From: an uncultured Gammaproteobacteria bacterium
Lineage (GTDB): Bacteria; Patescibacteriota; Patescibacteriia; UBA9934
Assembly (NCBI GenBank): GCA_964599455.1
Contig: CAZREA010000002.1
Location: forward strand, 51,810-115,809
Length of the DNA: 64,000 nucleotides
Reading direction: 5' to 3'
The notes under the pieces were generated by a model. That model was not told where the DNA came from. It worked only from the letters and a program-made list of their open reading frames with translations, and made no database searches. A program made the translations under genes and the position numbers. Below, piece by piece: positions 18,264-28,636 of this stretch. Positions within the stretch are counted from its first letter, which is position 1. Each line of letters starts with the position of its first letter.

Positions 18264-19088
18264 CTACGAATTCTTTTCAAAAAGAAGCTCGATGTGATTC
18301 ATGAGCTTGGGAAGCCCTTGCGCAATGTCCGCACTCAACGGTCCCTCGTGATCATCCATCGCCTCAAGAGCAATCCGAATCATAGAATGAAACCGTGTGG
18401 GAAGATGCTCAAGGCACCATCGCGCTGCAGCTCTCTTGGAGATGGGCTTGTTTTCGTGAAGCGTATAGGCGATTCGGCACAACTGAATCGTAAAATACAT
18501 CTGGTTCCACAAATCGTGACTTCCCCACTCTTCAATGCCTCTTTTTACTTCCTTAAACTTTTCTTGCAACGCATCCTGCAAAAGATGCGGATCTATTTCT
18601 GAAATAAACATTTTTGGCTCCGGACCGTAGAGCACAAGACCGCAATCACGAATATTTTGTATATCCATACTCGCCCCTTCCATATGAGCATTGTCTCGCA
18701 TTTGACCGCCAGAAAAACCGATCGTTTCAAGATGATTTTGTATCTCGCTTGTAATCGACTCTTTATTGGCAATGTCTAACTCTAGACGACGAAACCACGA
18801 ACTTGTTGCAAGTGGACCATTTTCATACCATTGTTGCAGACGAGATTGCCCTTCTGCATCAAGTGTCCTCGTTGTTACTACAAACACATCAACATCACTT
18901 CGTTCTTCTTCAAAATCGCCATACGACAATGATCCGTAAATATAGATTCCATACAAAACATCTTCCAACACGCTTGGAAGTTCTTTTTGTAAAATTCGTA
19001 AACATTTTTTGAGATCTTCGGGAATATTTTCTGTTTCAAAGTTTCGTTGACGTTGATATTCCATATTGTTCAAAACTGTATGATCCAT
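18264..19088 (-). CDS. nucleotidyltransferase (ANT(3'')/AadA-like, with DUF4111-like C-terminus)
   Basis: GIYIYGSLSYGDFEEERSDVDVFVV is the Pol-beta-superfamily GS-x(n)-D-x-D motif; length and C-terminal domain resemble the aminoglycoside adenylyltransferase family. Confidence 0.65.
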   Translation of the reverse strand: MDHTVLNNMEYQRQRNFETENIPEDLKKCLRILQKELPSVLEDVLYGIYIYGSLSYGDFEEERSDVDVFVVTTRTLDAEGQSRLQQWYENGPLATSSWFRRLELDIANKESITSEIQNHLETIGFSGGQMRDNAHMEGASMDIQNIRDCGLVLYGPEPKMFISEIDPHLLQDALQEKFKEVKRGIEEWGSHDLWNQMYFTIQLCRIAYTLHENKPISKRAAARWCLEHLPTRFHSMIRIALEAMDDHEGPLSADIAQGLPKLMNHIELLFEKNS

Positions 19089-19116
19089 ACATCACTTCTT
19101 TATCGTTTTTGTAATC

Positions 19117-20517
19117 TCATGCAAAAGTCTGCAACAGCGACAGTATTTCCTCTTTCTTCTCTTGCAAAAGAGCTTCGTCTTTCGCTTCAATCGTCACCCG
19201 CAAAATAGGCTCCGTGTTTGACGCACGAATCAAAAACCACCAATCACGATCAAACTCGCAACGCACGCCATCGATCGTCATCACGGTTGTTGCTTGCGAG
19301 GCATATTTTTCTTTTAACGCATCAATAGCTTCTTGTTTTTGATGAATTTCCAGATTCATTTCTTCGCTTTGGGCATAACGGCGATACGGGCGAACAAGAT
19401 CGGCAAATGATTGTCCAGATTTCTTCCACGTTGTGGCTATGCGAACAAAGGCGTGCTCAGTTGCTTCCAAAAAATGAAATTCGGGAAAGAAAAAATGGCT
19501 CGAGAATTCTCCGGCAAGCACAGCGTTTTCTTTTTTCATCAGTGCACTAATTTTAGTACGACCAACCGGTGACCAAATTACCTCTCCACCATGCGTTTCA
19601 ATTGCATCATTTACTGCGCGACTTTGATTCACGCACACCAATACTTTTCCGGATCCATGTTGTCGCAGATATTCCGTAGCCATGACCGCCAATGCCATGT
19701 CGCCCGTCAACGGCACACCTTCGTTATCAACAAAACCAATACGATCGGCATCGCCATCGAAGGCGACACCGAAATCCGCATTTACTTCCAAGACTTTTGC
19801 TCGGAGCACATCAAGCGTCTCAGTCTTTGCAGGATTCGCTTCGTGGTTTGGGAAATGCGCATCAGGTTCGGCATACAGTTCAACGCATTTGATGCCCAGT
19901 TTTTCACACAAGGGCTTAAACGCAACCGCCCCCATACCATTGCCATAATCAACGACGATTTTGATCCCATGAAGCGATTCGATACCGGGCCATCGCATGC
20001 AGGCTTGGAGATAATCTTCGAGGACGGCGACGGATTTCACGGATCCTTGCACAGACCCTCCTATACTCTTCCCTTCGCTTTCGCTCAGGGTCGAGCTTCG
20101 GAGGGCAGGTGGAACGGATGGCACCGGACTCTCTTCGATGATCTTATACATGTCACTGCCAGTGATCGGCGAACCATCGCCCAACGTGATTTTGATTCCA
20201 TTATATTCAGCAGGATTATGCGAAGCAGTGATCATGATGCCCGCGTTAGCTCCATATAATCCGACGACTGCATAATAAAAAAGAGGTGTCGTGCACATGC
20301 CAATATCAAGCACGTTCACACCAAGACTTGTCAGAGCTTCAGTCGCCGCCAAAGCGAGTTGCGGACTCGTCTCACGCATATCACGTCCGACGACCACGGT
20401 TTTTGCGCCTGTTTTTGCGACCAAAGCCCGTGCTACTGCTTCGGCTAAGGTTGGCGTTATTTCTGCAATCAAACCGCGAATATCGTAGGCACGAAAAATG
20501 TGTTGAGGAAAAAGCAT
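19117..20517 (-). CDS. phosphoglucomutase/phosphomannomutase family protein
   Basis: Active-site GIMITASHNPAEYNGIK and a four-domain layout. Contains an in-frame RPE-like insertion encoding PPALRSSTLSESEGKSIGGSVQGSV. Confidence 0.9.
   Translation of the reverse strand: MLFPQHIFRAYDIRGLIAEITPTLAEAVARALVAKTGAKTVVVGRDMRETSPQLALAATEALTSLGVNVLDIGMCTTPLFYYAVVGLYGANAGIMITASHNPAEYNGIKITLGDGSPITGSDMYKIIEESPVPSVPPALRSSTLSESEGKSIGGSVQGSVKSVAVLEDYLQACMRWPGIESLHGIKIVVDYGNGMGAVAFKPLCEKLGIKCVELYAEPDAHFPNHEANPAKTETLDVLRAKVLEVNADFGVAFDGDADRIGFVDNEGVPLTGDMALAVMATEYLRQHGSGKVLVCVNQSRAVNDAIETHGGEVIWSPVGRTKISALMKKENAVLAGEFSSHFFFPEFHFLEATEHAFVRIATTWKKSGQSFADLVRPYRRYAQSEEMNLEIHQKQEAIDALKEKYASQATTVMTIDGVRCEFDRDWWFLIRASNTEPILRVTIEAKDEALLQEKKEEILSLLQTFA
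20036..20125. repeat. RPE-like palindromic element, copy 2, in frame inside the PGM/PMM gene
   Basis: gaccctcc...gagcttcggagggcaggt..aacggat core shared with copy 1; the loop sequence is diverged. Confidence 0.65.
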
Positions 20518-20598
20518 AAGAAAAAGGATTTTTCATTGACTTTTAGGTCTGCTGTGCGTACGCTTACGGTAACAGATTCTTCATCTTTTTTCTACGAT

Positions 20599-21153
20599 AT
20601 GGAACTTGTTTTCTTGGTTCTTTTGGGACTCATCATTGTTGTGGCTTTGTGGTTAATGTTTACATTCAACGGTTTGGTGACTTTAAAAAATCGCGTGCAG
20701 GAAGCACTTAGTGACATCGAGGTTCAATTGAAACGTCGCTACGATCTTATTCCCAACTTGGTCAATACCGTGAAGGGATATGCGCAGCATGAAGACAGCG
20801 TTTTTACCAAAGTGACCGAAGCTCGATCAAAAGCCATGCAAGCAGGAACACCCGCCGAACATGCGCAAGCGGAAAACATGCTCACGCAAACGTTAAAATC
20901 ACTTTTTTCGGTTGCTGAGGCCTATCCAGACTTGAAAGCATCGGAGAATTTCCGCCATTTGCAAACCGAGCTTGTTGATGCAGAAGATAAAATTCAAGCT
21001 TCGCGCCGCTTCTACAATAGCCAGGTTCGCGACTTCAACACCAAATTGCAAGTCTTTCCTACCAACATGATTGGCACCTTACTCGGATTCACTTCTTATC
21101 AATTCTACGATGCACCTGAAGGTGTTGAAGCTACGCCGGAAGTGAAGTTCTAA
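20599..21153 (+). CDS. lemA: LemA family protein
   Basis: N-terminal TM followed by the LemA signature (NGLVTLKNRVQEALSDIEVQLKRRYDLIPNLV...RRFYN); start taken at the internal ATG at 20599. Confidence 0.85.
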   Translation: MELVFLVLLGLIIVVALWLMFTFNGLVTLKNRVQEALSDIEVQLKRRYDLIPNLVNTVKGYAQHEDSVFTKVTEARSKAMQAGTPAEHAQAENMLTQTLKSLFSVAEAYPDLKASENFRHLQTELVDAEDKIQASRRFYNSQVRDFNTKLQVFPTNMIGTLLGFTSYQFYDAPEGVEATPEVKF

Positions 21154-21155
21154 CT

Positions 21156-22046
21156 ATGTACTCGGCCATAACCTCCAACAAACGCCGCACCTGGGTACTC
21201 ATGATTATCATGAGTGCTTTTGTCTTGAGCTTGAGTGCATTTTTAGGATGGTTCATGGGCGCAGATACGTACACCGCGATTATTGGGGCAACGCTATTCA
21301 CAACCGTGTACGCACTGATCAGTTACTACTTCTCCGATCAGATTGCATTAATGACCAGTGGAGCGAAGCCGATACAAAAACGTGATGCACCCGAGCTGTA
21401 CAATCTGGTAGAAAATCTGTGTATCGCCAGTGGCCAACCAACGCCCGCTATCTACATTATTCCCGACGAAAGCCCAAATGCCTTCGCGACCGGACGCGAC
21501 CCTCAGCACGCATCGATTGCTGTGACCAGTGGGCTTCTCCGTATTCTTGATAAACAGGAATTAGAAGGTGTGATCGCCCACGAGCTTTCTCATATCAACA
21601 ATTATGATATCCGTATCATGACGATTGTGGTCGTACTTGTTGGCGCCATCATGTTGCTTTCAGATTTACTTTTGCGCGGTCATCTGTTTAGTGGCAGCAA
21701 TCGTCGCGAAGGCAATGCGGCAGTCTTGCTGCTTATTGGCGTAGCACTTGCGATTCTCTCTCCGCTTTTAGCTGAAATCATCAAACTCGCCGTTTCTCGA
21801 CAGCGAGAATATCTGGCTGATGCGTCGGGAGCGTTACTTACTCGGTATCCCGAAGCACTAGCCACAGCACTGGAAAAAATCGCGCAAGGCAGTGCCATGA
21901 AGCCGATGCATAATCCTAATCACGCCACTGCGCATCTCTTTATTTCTAGTCCATTTCGCGGAACAAAATCTTGGCTCTCGCAACTCTTCTCTACACATCC
22001 GCCAACAGAGGAACGTGTGAAGCGTTTGAGGGGTATGGGTCAATAA
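21156..22046 (+). CDS. htpX: zinc metalloprotease HtpX (M48)
   Basis: HELSHINNYD HExxH motif, four TM segments, and the common lemA-htpX adjacency. Confidence 0.9.
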   Translation: MYSAITSNKRRTWVLMIIMSAFVLSLSAFLGWFMGADTYTAIIGATLFTTVYALISYYFSDQIALMTSGAKPIQKRDAPELYNLVENLCIASGQPTPAIYIIPDESPNAFATGRDPQHASIAVTSGLLRILDKQELEGVIAHELSHINNYDIRIMTIVVVLVGAIMLLSDLLLRGHLFSGSNRREGNAAVLLLIGVALAILSPLLAEIIKLAVSRQREYLADASGALLTRYPEALATALEKIAQGSAMKPMHNPNHATAHLFISSPFRGTKSWLSQLFSTHPPTEERVKRLRGMGQ

Positions 22047-22048
22047 GT

Positions 22049-24316
22049 ATGGCAGAACAGATGTTGGAAAAATTTAGCAATCCGTTGAAAAGCGTGCTCA
22101 CGCGAGCACTTGTTTTTGCTGCTGAACGCGGCGCAGAAACCATTACGCCGTCGCATCTTTTATGGGCACTAGCTACAGAACAAGAAGCCGTCAGTTCCGC
22201 GATTCTCCATAAAGCCCGTATCAATCTTGAAAGCATCATGACCGCAGCGCCTGGCGCTCGTGGTCCTGTTGCCGATTTCTCTCCCGAATCTGTTCCCAAT
22301 CTTGCCGAAGAAACGCGACGTATTTTAGAAAAAGCCATTCTCGCTGCCAATCTGCACGATCATCCCTTCGTTAGCACTCCGCATGTGCTGTTCGGATTTT
22401 TACAAGTACATCAACAAGAAGTAAGTGCGCTGTTGTTTACGACCGCAAACGTTGAACGACGCACATTTGAACACCACATTATTAAGGCACTCAAAGATGC
22501 GCGCGTACTGACCATCGATGAACAGAAAAAAGAAGAAGCAACAACGGAAACGTGTGAGCAGTGTGGCGAAAGTCATGATGGGGAGAGCGAAAAAAGTGCT
22601 TTGGAATATTTTGGCATTGAACTCACTGCCAAAGATCGACAGTCTGCCTTTTTACCACTGGTTGGTCGCGATGACGAGATTGAACGTCTTGCCCTTATTT
22701 TGACACGCAAAACCAAAAATAATCCTTTACTCCTGGGCGAGCCGGGCGTTGGCAAAACCGCTATTGTTGAGGGGCTGGCGCAACGCATTATTGCTGGCAC
22801 TGTTCCCGCAGCACTCAAGGAGGCGCGCATTTTTTCGCTTGATATGGCCGGACTTGTTGCAGGCGCCATGTATCGGGGTGATTTTGAAGCACGTTTGCTG
22901 GATATTTTGGAAGAAGTCGCCGAAATGAAACAGGCAATCTTATTTATCGATGAAGTTCATACCGTTGTGGGCGCCGGATCGGGTGGGAGTGCGCTTGATG
23001 CCAGTAATATCATGAAACCCGCACTTGCACGCGGCAATGTGCGCATTATTGGTGCAACCACATTTGAAGAATACAAAAAACATATCGAAATTGATGGCGC
23101 TCTGACGCGTCGTTTTATTCCGATTACCGTTTCTGAACCAAGTGCCAAAGATACGCTAAAAATTTTAGAAGGCATCCTACCCACCTTCACCAGCTTCCAT
23201 AAAGTTACCCTGAAAAAGCAGCTTCTCTCCACAATCGTCGAGCATGCCGAGCGGTATTTGCCCATCAAACGTTTCCCCGATAAAGCAATCGATATTCTTG
23301 ATGAACTTGGTGCACGTTGTGCAGGACGAGCAATCGAACACGCCGATATTCTCGCCACCGTCAGCCGCATTACCGGCATGCCGTTAGAACAATTGTCTGT
23401 TGATGAAAAACAAAAACTACGAAACGTAAAAGAGGAATTGCGCGAACATATTTTAGGACAAGATCAGGCCGTCGCCGCTATTGCTGATGCACTGCAAAAA
23501 GCAAAGCTCGGAATGTCCCCTCTTAATCGACCATTGGCATCATTTTTGTTTGCCGGACCATCGGGTGTAGGAAAAACCGAGCTCGGCAAAGCAGTTGCGC
23601 GCGTCATGTTTGGTGATGAAAAAGCACTCGTGCGCCTGGACATGACCGAATACAACGAAGGTCATAGTGTGAGCAAACTCACGGGCGCGCCTGCAGGCTA
23701 TGTTGGCTATCGCGATCGTGCTCGTCTTACTGATGCCGTGAAAGAACGTCCGCATTGTGTGGTGTTATGTGATGAACTGGAAAAAGCCCATCGTGATGTA
23801 CAAAACTTGTTGTTACATATTTTAGAAGAGGGGGAATTGCGTGATAGCGCCGGTACACTCATCAATTTCCGCAACGTGATTATCATCGCCACAACGAATG
23901 CGGGGCGAGAAAAATTTGAACGCGGTCAATTGGGATTTGCTGGCACCCACACGAATACCGAGCTTGATGCGCGATCATTGCTGGAGGATGCTTTTAAATC
24001 TGAGCTTCTCAACCGTTTTGATCGTATCTGCTTATTCCAGCCGCTTACAACCGAAACCTACGCCGGCATTGCACAAAAAGAATTGCGCGCACTCTCCCAA
24101 CGTCTCCAAAAACAACATCGTTCACTGACGGTTGATCGCCACGTCATCGAGCACATCGCGAACACCGTCAGCCACAAAAAAGGCGCGCGTGATATTCGTC
24201 ATCTTATCGCTCAACTCATCGAAAAACCCTTAACAGAAACGCTGCTTACGGAAAAAAGTATAAAGAAAGCATTGAAGGTAAAGAAGGATGCCAAAGGAAA
24301 GATTGTCATCGTATAA
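22049..24316 (+). CDS. clpC: ATP-dependent Clp protease ATP-binding subunit (ClpC/ClpB-like AAA+ chaperone)
   Basis: Two Clp_N repeats and two AAA+ modules (GEPGVGKTAIVEGLA; FAGPSGVGKTELGKAVA) with a sensor-2 region; start taken at the internal ATG at 22049. Confidence 0.9.
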   Translation: MAEQMLEKFSNPLKSVLTRALVFAAERGAETITPSHLLWALATEQEAVSSAILHKARINLESIMTAAPGARGPVADFSPESVPNLAEETRRILEKAILAANLHDHPFVSTPHVLFGFLQVHQQEVSALLFTTANVERRTFEHHIIKALKDARVLTIDEQKKEEATTETCEQCGESHDGESEKSALEYFGIELTAKDRQSAFLPLVGRDDEIERLALILTRKTKNNPLLLGEPGVGKTAIVEGLAQRIIAGTVPAALKEARIFSLDMAGLVAGAMYRGDFEARLLDILEEVAEMKQAILFIDEVHTVVGAGSGGSALDASNIMKPALARGNVRIIGATTFEEYKKHIEIDGALTRRFIPITVSEPSAKDTLKILEGILPTFTSFHKVTLKKQLLSTIVEHAERYLPIKRFPDKAIDILDELGARCAGRAIEHADILATVSRITGMPLEQLSVDEKQKLRNVKEELREHILGQDQAVAAIADALQKAKLGMSPLNRPLASFLFAGPSGVGKTELGKAVARVMFGDEKALVRLDMTEYNEGHSVSKLTGAPAGYVGYRDRARLTDAVKERPHCVVLCDELEKAHRDVQNLLLHILEEGELRDSAGTLINFRNVIIIATTNAGREKFERGQLGFAGTHTNTELDARSLLEDAFKSELLNRFDRICLFQPLTTETYAGIAQKELRALSQRLQKQHRSLTVDRHVIEHIANTVSHKKGARDIRHLIAQLIEKPLTETLLTEKSIKKALKVKKDAKGKIVIV

Positions 24317-24409
24317 AAAGATTTCAAAACAACAAGCCCCACGCCGAGAACGACGCGAGCCGCTCCCGGTGGCCGGGTGAGGCTTGTCGTTCGGCGCGGG
24401 GCCGAGGGT

Positions 24410-25027
24410 TCAGGGGACCGGGGTGAAGTTCGTCCAGCGATGCATCTCAGGATCGCCACCGGGGTTCTCGAAGTAGAAGACGAGATCCCCCGCCATCATG
24501 CACAGTCGGGCACCGTGCTTGATGGTGGCACCGTTGGGGTAGGTGTCGACGTTGGACGCGAGGATCGCGAGCGGCTTCTGCTTGTCCGGACAGGAGTCGA
24601 TGAGGCCGTCGGCGAGAGAGATGGGCGAGTCGCGCTGCGGGTTGTTGACCCACATGATGCCCTGGGTGCTGCCCGTCCCGGAGACGAGCTTGACCTCGAC
24701 CATCACGCCGTTCTCGGTCGCGTTGACCTCGCTGATGCCCTCCGGACTCAAACAGAGCACCTGGTCCACCCACGGCATCGGCGAACGATAGCCGAGGGTG
24801 TAGTAGCCGGCACCCGCGTCGGTGCAGAACTGGCTCAGGTTGATGTAGTCGTGGAAGTCCGGCACCTTCGGCTCATCGGCCGAGGTATCCGCACAGCCAC
24901 TGGCGATGAGGAGTCCCAAGAAAGCGATGCGCAAAGCGCACCTCCGAAGAAGGAGTACGACGTTAGCCTCGTCGCCAGGCTGTGCCGCAGAGACTTTGGC
25001 AACGTACAAAAATAGCAGAAAATCCAT
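24410..25027 (-). CDS. GC-rich hypothetical lipoprotein
   Basis: Signal peptide plus lipobox LLIASGCAD; about 62% GC; function unknown. Confidence 0.5.
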   Translation of the reverse strand: MDFLLFLYVAKVSAAQPGDEANVVLLLRRCALRIAFLGLLIASGCADTSADEPKVPDFHDYINLSQFCTDAGAGYYTLGYRSPMPWVDQVLCLSPEGISEVNATENGVMVEVKLVSGTGSTQGIMWVNNPQRDSPISLADGLIDSCPDKQKPLAILASNVDTYPNGATIKHGARLCMMAGDLVFYFENPGGDPEMHRWTNFTPVP

Positions 25028-25125
25028 TCCCTGTCCACCAAGAACCGCAAAAACTGGTCAAAAGGCCAGTTTTATGTTATCGTCTCGTGTCGACAATTTC
25101 CTACCACCTGTCGACCGAGGCAACC

Positions 25126-25473
25126 ATGAACATTCGCATGTTCACTATCGGTGCCACCATCCCGACAATCGCCGCGGTCATGATGGCCCTCACCTTCCCA
25201 TTTTCTGGCGCCATGAGCGGTGCCCTCAGCGTTGGGCTCGACAGCCTGTTCGGACCGGAGTGGGAGATGATCCCGTTGATGTCGCTCGCCCCGCTCCTCA
25301 TCGCCTACCTGTCGTACTGTCTGGCGGTGAGCATCATCATCTGGTTCTTCTTCCGACTCGCGGACGACAAGACGGTCTACCCGCCAGTCGACGAAGAGGG
25401 GCGACCGATGACCGCTTCGTTCAGCAGCCACGGCGGAGGCTTCCGCCTGTTGCGGCGGCATCATCGCCCGTGA
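25126..25473 (+). CDS. small hypothetical membrane protein (GC-rich island)
   Basis: Two or three predicted TM helices (TIPTIAAVMMALTF; LAPLLIAYLSYCLAVSIIIWFFF). Confidence 0.4.
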   Translation: MNIRMFTIGATIPTIAAVMMALTFPFSGAMSGALSVGLDSLFGPEWEMIPLMSLAPLLIAYLSYCLAVSIIIWFFFRLADDKTVYPPVDEEGRPMTASFSSHGGGFRLLRRHHRP

Positions 25474-25577
25474 ACGCAAGCAACCGCTTGGCCGGACGTC
25501 GTCGCTATGACGTCCGGAGCCCCTCAGTATTTGCAAAGATTTGTAGATACCGAGGGACTTCAACATCAGGAGACACC

Positions 25578-25910
25578 ATGCCCGTCATCATGACCGTCAC
25601 CGCACCCGCCAGCTCCGAGGACAAGACCTGGGCCGACCGGGATGCATTTTTCATCCTGCAAGGTCTGGGGGTGAAGCCACGGAACGCCCTCGCACGCTGG
25701 TTCCAAGGCCCTCGATTCATCCGCGTCATCGTCAAGACCCAAGACGCGGGGGACATCAAACTCCACATCAAGGTCATCCACGACAAGACCACCATCAGCT
25801 CGAGCGACGTCACCGTCGTGAACATCCACGTGCTCGACGAGCTCCTGCAGGCCATGCAGAACATCTCGCACGCCTGGCTGAGCAGAAATATCGCAGTTTG
25901 GAGACGCTGA
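25578..25910 (+). CDS. small hypothetical protein (GC-rich island)
   Basis: Shine-Dalgarno AGGAGACACC before the ATG at 25578; 110 aa. The 334-aa ORF 24906-25910 is treated as a read-through chimera. Confidence 0.4.
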   Translation: MPVIMTVTAPASSEDKTWADRDAFFILQGLGVKPRNALARWFQGPRFIRVIVKTQDAGDIKLHIKVIHDKTTISSSDVTVVNIHVLDELLQAMQNISHAWLSRNIAVWRR

Positions 25911-25939
25911 ACGACACCTTGTGCACTCACGTGCCAAAG

Positions 25940-25988
25940 ACGCCACCTCGGCGCCCGCGGCCGTGGGTGCGTTTTTGTTTTTACCTTC
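25940..25988 (+). terminator. GC-rich hairpin plus T-run, terminator-like; paralogous to 7520-7566
   Basis: …gccgtgggtgcgTTTTTGTTTTTac versus …ctccgggtgcgTTTcTGTTTTTac at 7540-7566. Confidence 0.45.
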
Positions 25989-26064
25989 GTTCTATGCGAA
26001 AGGGGTTTGGCATGCCAAACCCCCTCGGCCGTAGCACAGGGATACAGCGGCCCATGGGCGAGGC

Positions 26065-26559
26065 CTACATCTCAAAATACCTTTGCAAAATTGCCCGATA
26101 AATATCACCACGTCCTACTGACCCAACGATAACTCCCTCCTTTACAACGGGCACATGATGAATGCCACTTGCAACCATAAGCGCACCGACTTTTAAAATA
26201 GGTGTATCGGGTTCGGCGGTAATGAGACGCGTGGCCATGAGATCAGCCACCACTTTTCCTCCTACATGCTCAAGATCCTGTTCCATTTCTTGAAAATCTA
26301 AAAACGCGTGTGGTACTGCGGTCCATTCTTTATATCCGGGAAAGATGCCCCGAAATAAATCCTTTTCCGACACAATACCGACCAGCTTTCCCTGTTCATC
26401 AACCACATATGCGGTTGACACTCCCTCCTTCAACAACAATCCCGCAACCTCGCGCCAGCTGACATGTGGCAGTACAACCACACCGGGCGCAGACATGACA
26501 TCACGGACATGCATAGAATTTCTCGTGAAGAGTCTTTTGGGCGATGACAGGACTTTCAC
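26065..26559 (-). CDS. CBS domain pair protein
   Basis: Two CBS motifs (VRDVMSAPGVVVLPHVSWREV...; ...LMVASGIHHVPVVKEGVIVGSVGRGDIYRAI). Confidence 0.8.
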   Translation of the reverse strand: MKVLSSPKRLFTRNSMHVRDVMSAPGVVVLPHVSWREVAGLLLKEGVSTAYVVDEQGKLVGIVSEKDLFRGIFPGYKEWTAVPHAFLDFQEMEQDLEHVGGKVVADLMATRLITAEPDTPILKVGALMVASGIHHVPVVKEGVIVGSVGRGDIYRAILQRYFEM

Positions 26560-26609
26560 GCAAAAAAAATGCGAAGTGCTGTCTCAATTCGAGTATACTA
26601 TACACATCT

Positions 26610-27395
26610 ATGGCGTCACTGGGGGAACAACGAGCAATGGCCACGCAATTGCGTGCCGATCAGCATGCTGCCCGCTTTGGTGGATCGGCCTCTTTAGGAT
26701 TAAACAATAGTGATTTTCTTGGCCTTGCCCCTGAAGACGAAAACCTCACCACTCTCGAATCAGAAGACGATCTCGTAGACCGCTATCTGGACGGAGGAGA
26801 TGACGGCAATCCCTGGACCCTCCCCCCGTCAGCATTCAATGCCGAAACGCAACGCCTACGTGTTGCACAGGGGATTGGTGCGCCCGATACATTCGATGAA
26901 AGCACTGCCAATCTTCTTGATCCTGAAAGCGATGACGAAATGACATTCGGTGAAGAACTTGATGCCGCCGATGAAGCTGATGATGCCGAAGCTGCACAAG
27001 ATGTAGAGCGACGCGCAAATGCTGCCGCAGAAGCACAAGAAGAAGATGATTTTAAAAAAGAGAAACGCGAATTTATCATGAGGTTTACCGGCAACAGTGG
27101 GAATGCGGGTGACTCGATAGGAGCGGCAGGATTTACGGTTTTTCTTGTCACGGGCCTTTGGTATCTAGGAAGACTTGTCTGTACTATCTTCGTCTCTGAC
27201 TATAGACAAGATATTGTCTGGCAAAATTTTCCTCACTATACATTTAAAAAACCAGCAGACTGTGCATATGGACTTGCGTACTTCTTTGCTCTTCTTCTTT
27301 TAGGAAGTGCGGGATTAGCACTCTTTTTCGGTATAATTTCCATTATCTACATCCAAGTAACCAACGTCATTAGCATTATCGAATTTGTTTCTTAA
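26610..27395 (+). CDS. hypothetical acidic protein with a C-terminal membrane anchor
   Basis: A long Asp/Glu-rich low-complexity region followed by two C-terminal TM helices; start taken at the ATG at 26610 to avoid the convergent-overlap region. Confidence 0.45.
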   Translation: MASLGEQRAMATQLRADQHAARFGGSASLGLNNSDFLGLAPEDENLTTLESEDDLVDRYLDGGDDGNPWTLPPSAFNAETQRLRVAQGIGAPDTFDESTANLLDPESDDEMTFGEELDAADEADDAEAAQDVERRANAAAEAQEEDDFKKEKREFIMRFTGNSGNAGDSIGAAGFTVFLVTGLWYLGRLVCTIFVSDYRQDIVWQNFPHYTFKKPADCAYGLAYFFALLLLGSAGLALFFGIISIIYIQVTNVISIIEFVS

Positions 27396-27401
27396 AATAC
27401 T

Positions 27402-28631
27402 ATGGAACTCTCTGAACGCAGCAAAACCATTCTCAAACTCGTCGCCTTTCTTGGCGTCACGTTCGTTATTGGCTTTGCCCTCTATACCCTTTTCTTTTCT
27501 TCTTCGCCCTCGGTAAGCGGTCCGGGCAACACCACATCCGATAACACCAATCAAGGATCATTACCCAATGCCGGTGATTCAAACGGAACCCCCACAACAA
27601 GTCAACCGGGAACGGATGATGAACCCGGGCGACTGGAGCCTTCTCCCGTTGCTGATGGCGGCCTAACGTTTACCACCCAAATTACGAACACTGCCGTTTC
27701 TAGCCCCACCATCATGACCGATGGAAATATCGCCTATTACGATCCAGCTGATGGACGCTTTTATTCGATTAATGAAAAAGGAACGGTCGAAGCACTCAGC
27801 TTAGCGCAATTTCCGGAAGCAGAAAACGTCGTGTTTGATGCCGGAGCTACTGAGGCTGTTATCGAATTCCCTGATGGTAGTAATATCGTGTACAACTTTG
27901 AAACAGCCGAACAGGTCACACTTCCCGAACATTGGAGTGAATTCTCTTTCTCGGCAGATGGAACCGATATTGCGTCAAAAAGTTTGGGAAATGATGTCTC
28001 GAGTCGAGCACTCGTCATCACCTCGGCCGATGGTTCATCGACTGAAGTAGTGGCCAGCTTAGGAGACAATGCCGATAAAATCGATGTCGATTGGTCGCCA
28101 GCAGGAGATATTGTCGGATTCTCGGAAACAGGCGGAGGAGCATCGGCATTTGGGCAGAATAAAATTTATACGATCGGTACCGATGGTGAAGCATCGGGAA
28201 TTTTCACGGTAAACGGATCAAACTTTTTATCGGAATGGTCTCCGAGTGGAAAGTATCTTTTGTACTCAGTTGCTGATGCGAGTGATGACTATCGTGCCAG
28301 CTTGTGGTATGTCGATGCGCGCGGCGATCGCAAGGGTGATACGCGGGTTCGGCTTTCGGTAAAAACAACGGCAAATAAATGCGCGTTTGCTTCTGAAACC
28401 GTGGTGTACTGTGCCGTTCCCAATACCATGCCCACCGGTGGTGGTACCAGTGCATCGCTCATCACCTCCCCCGACACGCTGTATAAAATTACCGTTCCTT
28501 CGGGGAAAGCATCGGTTGCTGCTATTCCTGCTGCTGATACGCAAATGTTCAACCTTTCCCTTTCTGCCGACGGAGATATCCTCTATTTTACCGATGAAAG
28601 CGGCAAACTGAACGTCATTCGCTTACAATAA
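27402..28631 (+). CDS. TolB-like beta-propeller repeat protein, membrane anchored
   Basis: N-terminal TM, then repeated DWSPxG/EWSPSG motifs (DWSPAGDIVGF, EWSPSGKYLLY) typical of TolB/WD40-like propellers. Confidence 0.6.
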   Translation: MELSERSKTILKLVAFLGVTFVIGFALYTLFFSSSPSVSGPGNTTSDNTNQGSLPNAGDSNGTPTTSQPGTDDEPGRLEPSPVADGGLTFTTQITNTAVSSPTIMTDGNIAYYDPADGRFYSINEKGTVEALSLAQFPEAENVVFDAGATEAVIEFPDGSNIVYNFETAEQVTLPEHWSEFSFSADGTDIASKSLGNDVSSRALVITSADGSSTEVVASLGDNADKIDVDWSPAGDIVGFSETGGGASAFGQNKIYTIGTDGEASGIFTVNGSNFLSEWSPSGKYLLYSVADASDDYRASLWYVDARGDRKGDTRVRLSVKTTANKCAFASETVVYCAVPNTMPTGGGTSASLITSPDTLYKITVPSGKASVAAIPAADTQMFNLSLSADGDILYFTDESGKLNVIRLQ

Positions 28632-28636
28632 ACTCT

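Noticed and set aside
24377-25910. Long plus-strand ORFs (24377-25015, 24906-25910) across the GC-rich island
   Set aside because: 24377-25015 is antisense to the lipoprotein ORF that has a lipobox. 24906-25910 is a chimeric read-through; the Shine-Dalgarno-preceded ATG at 25578 defines a shorter gene.
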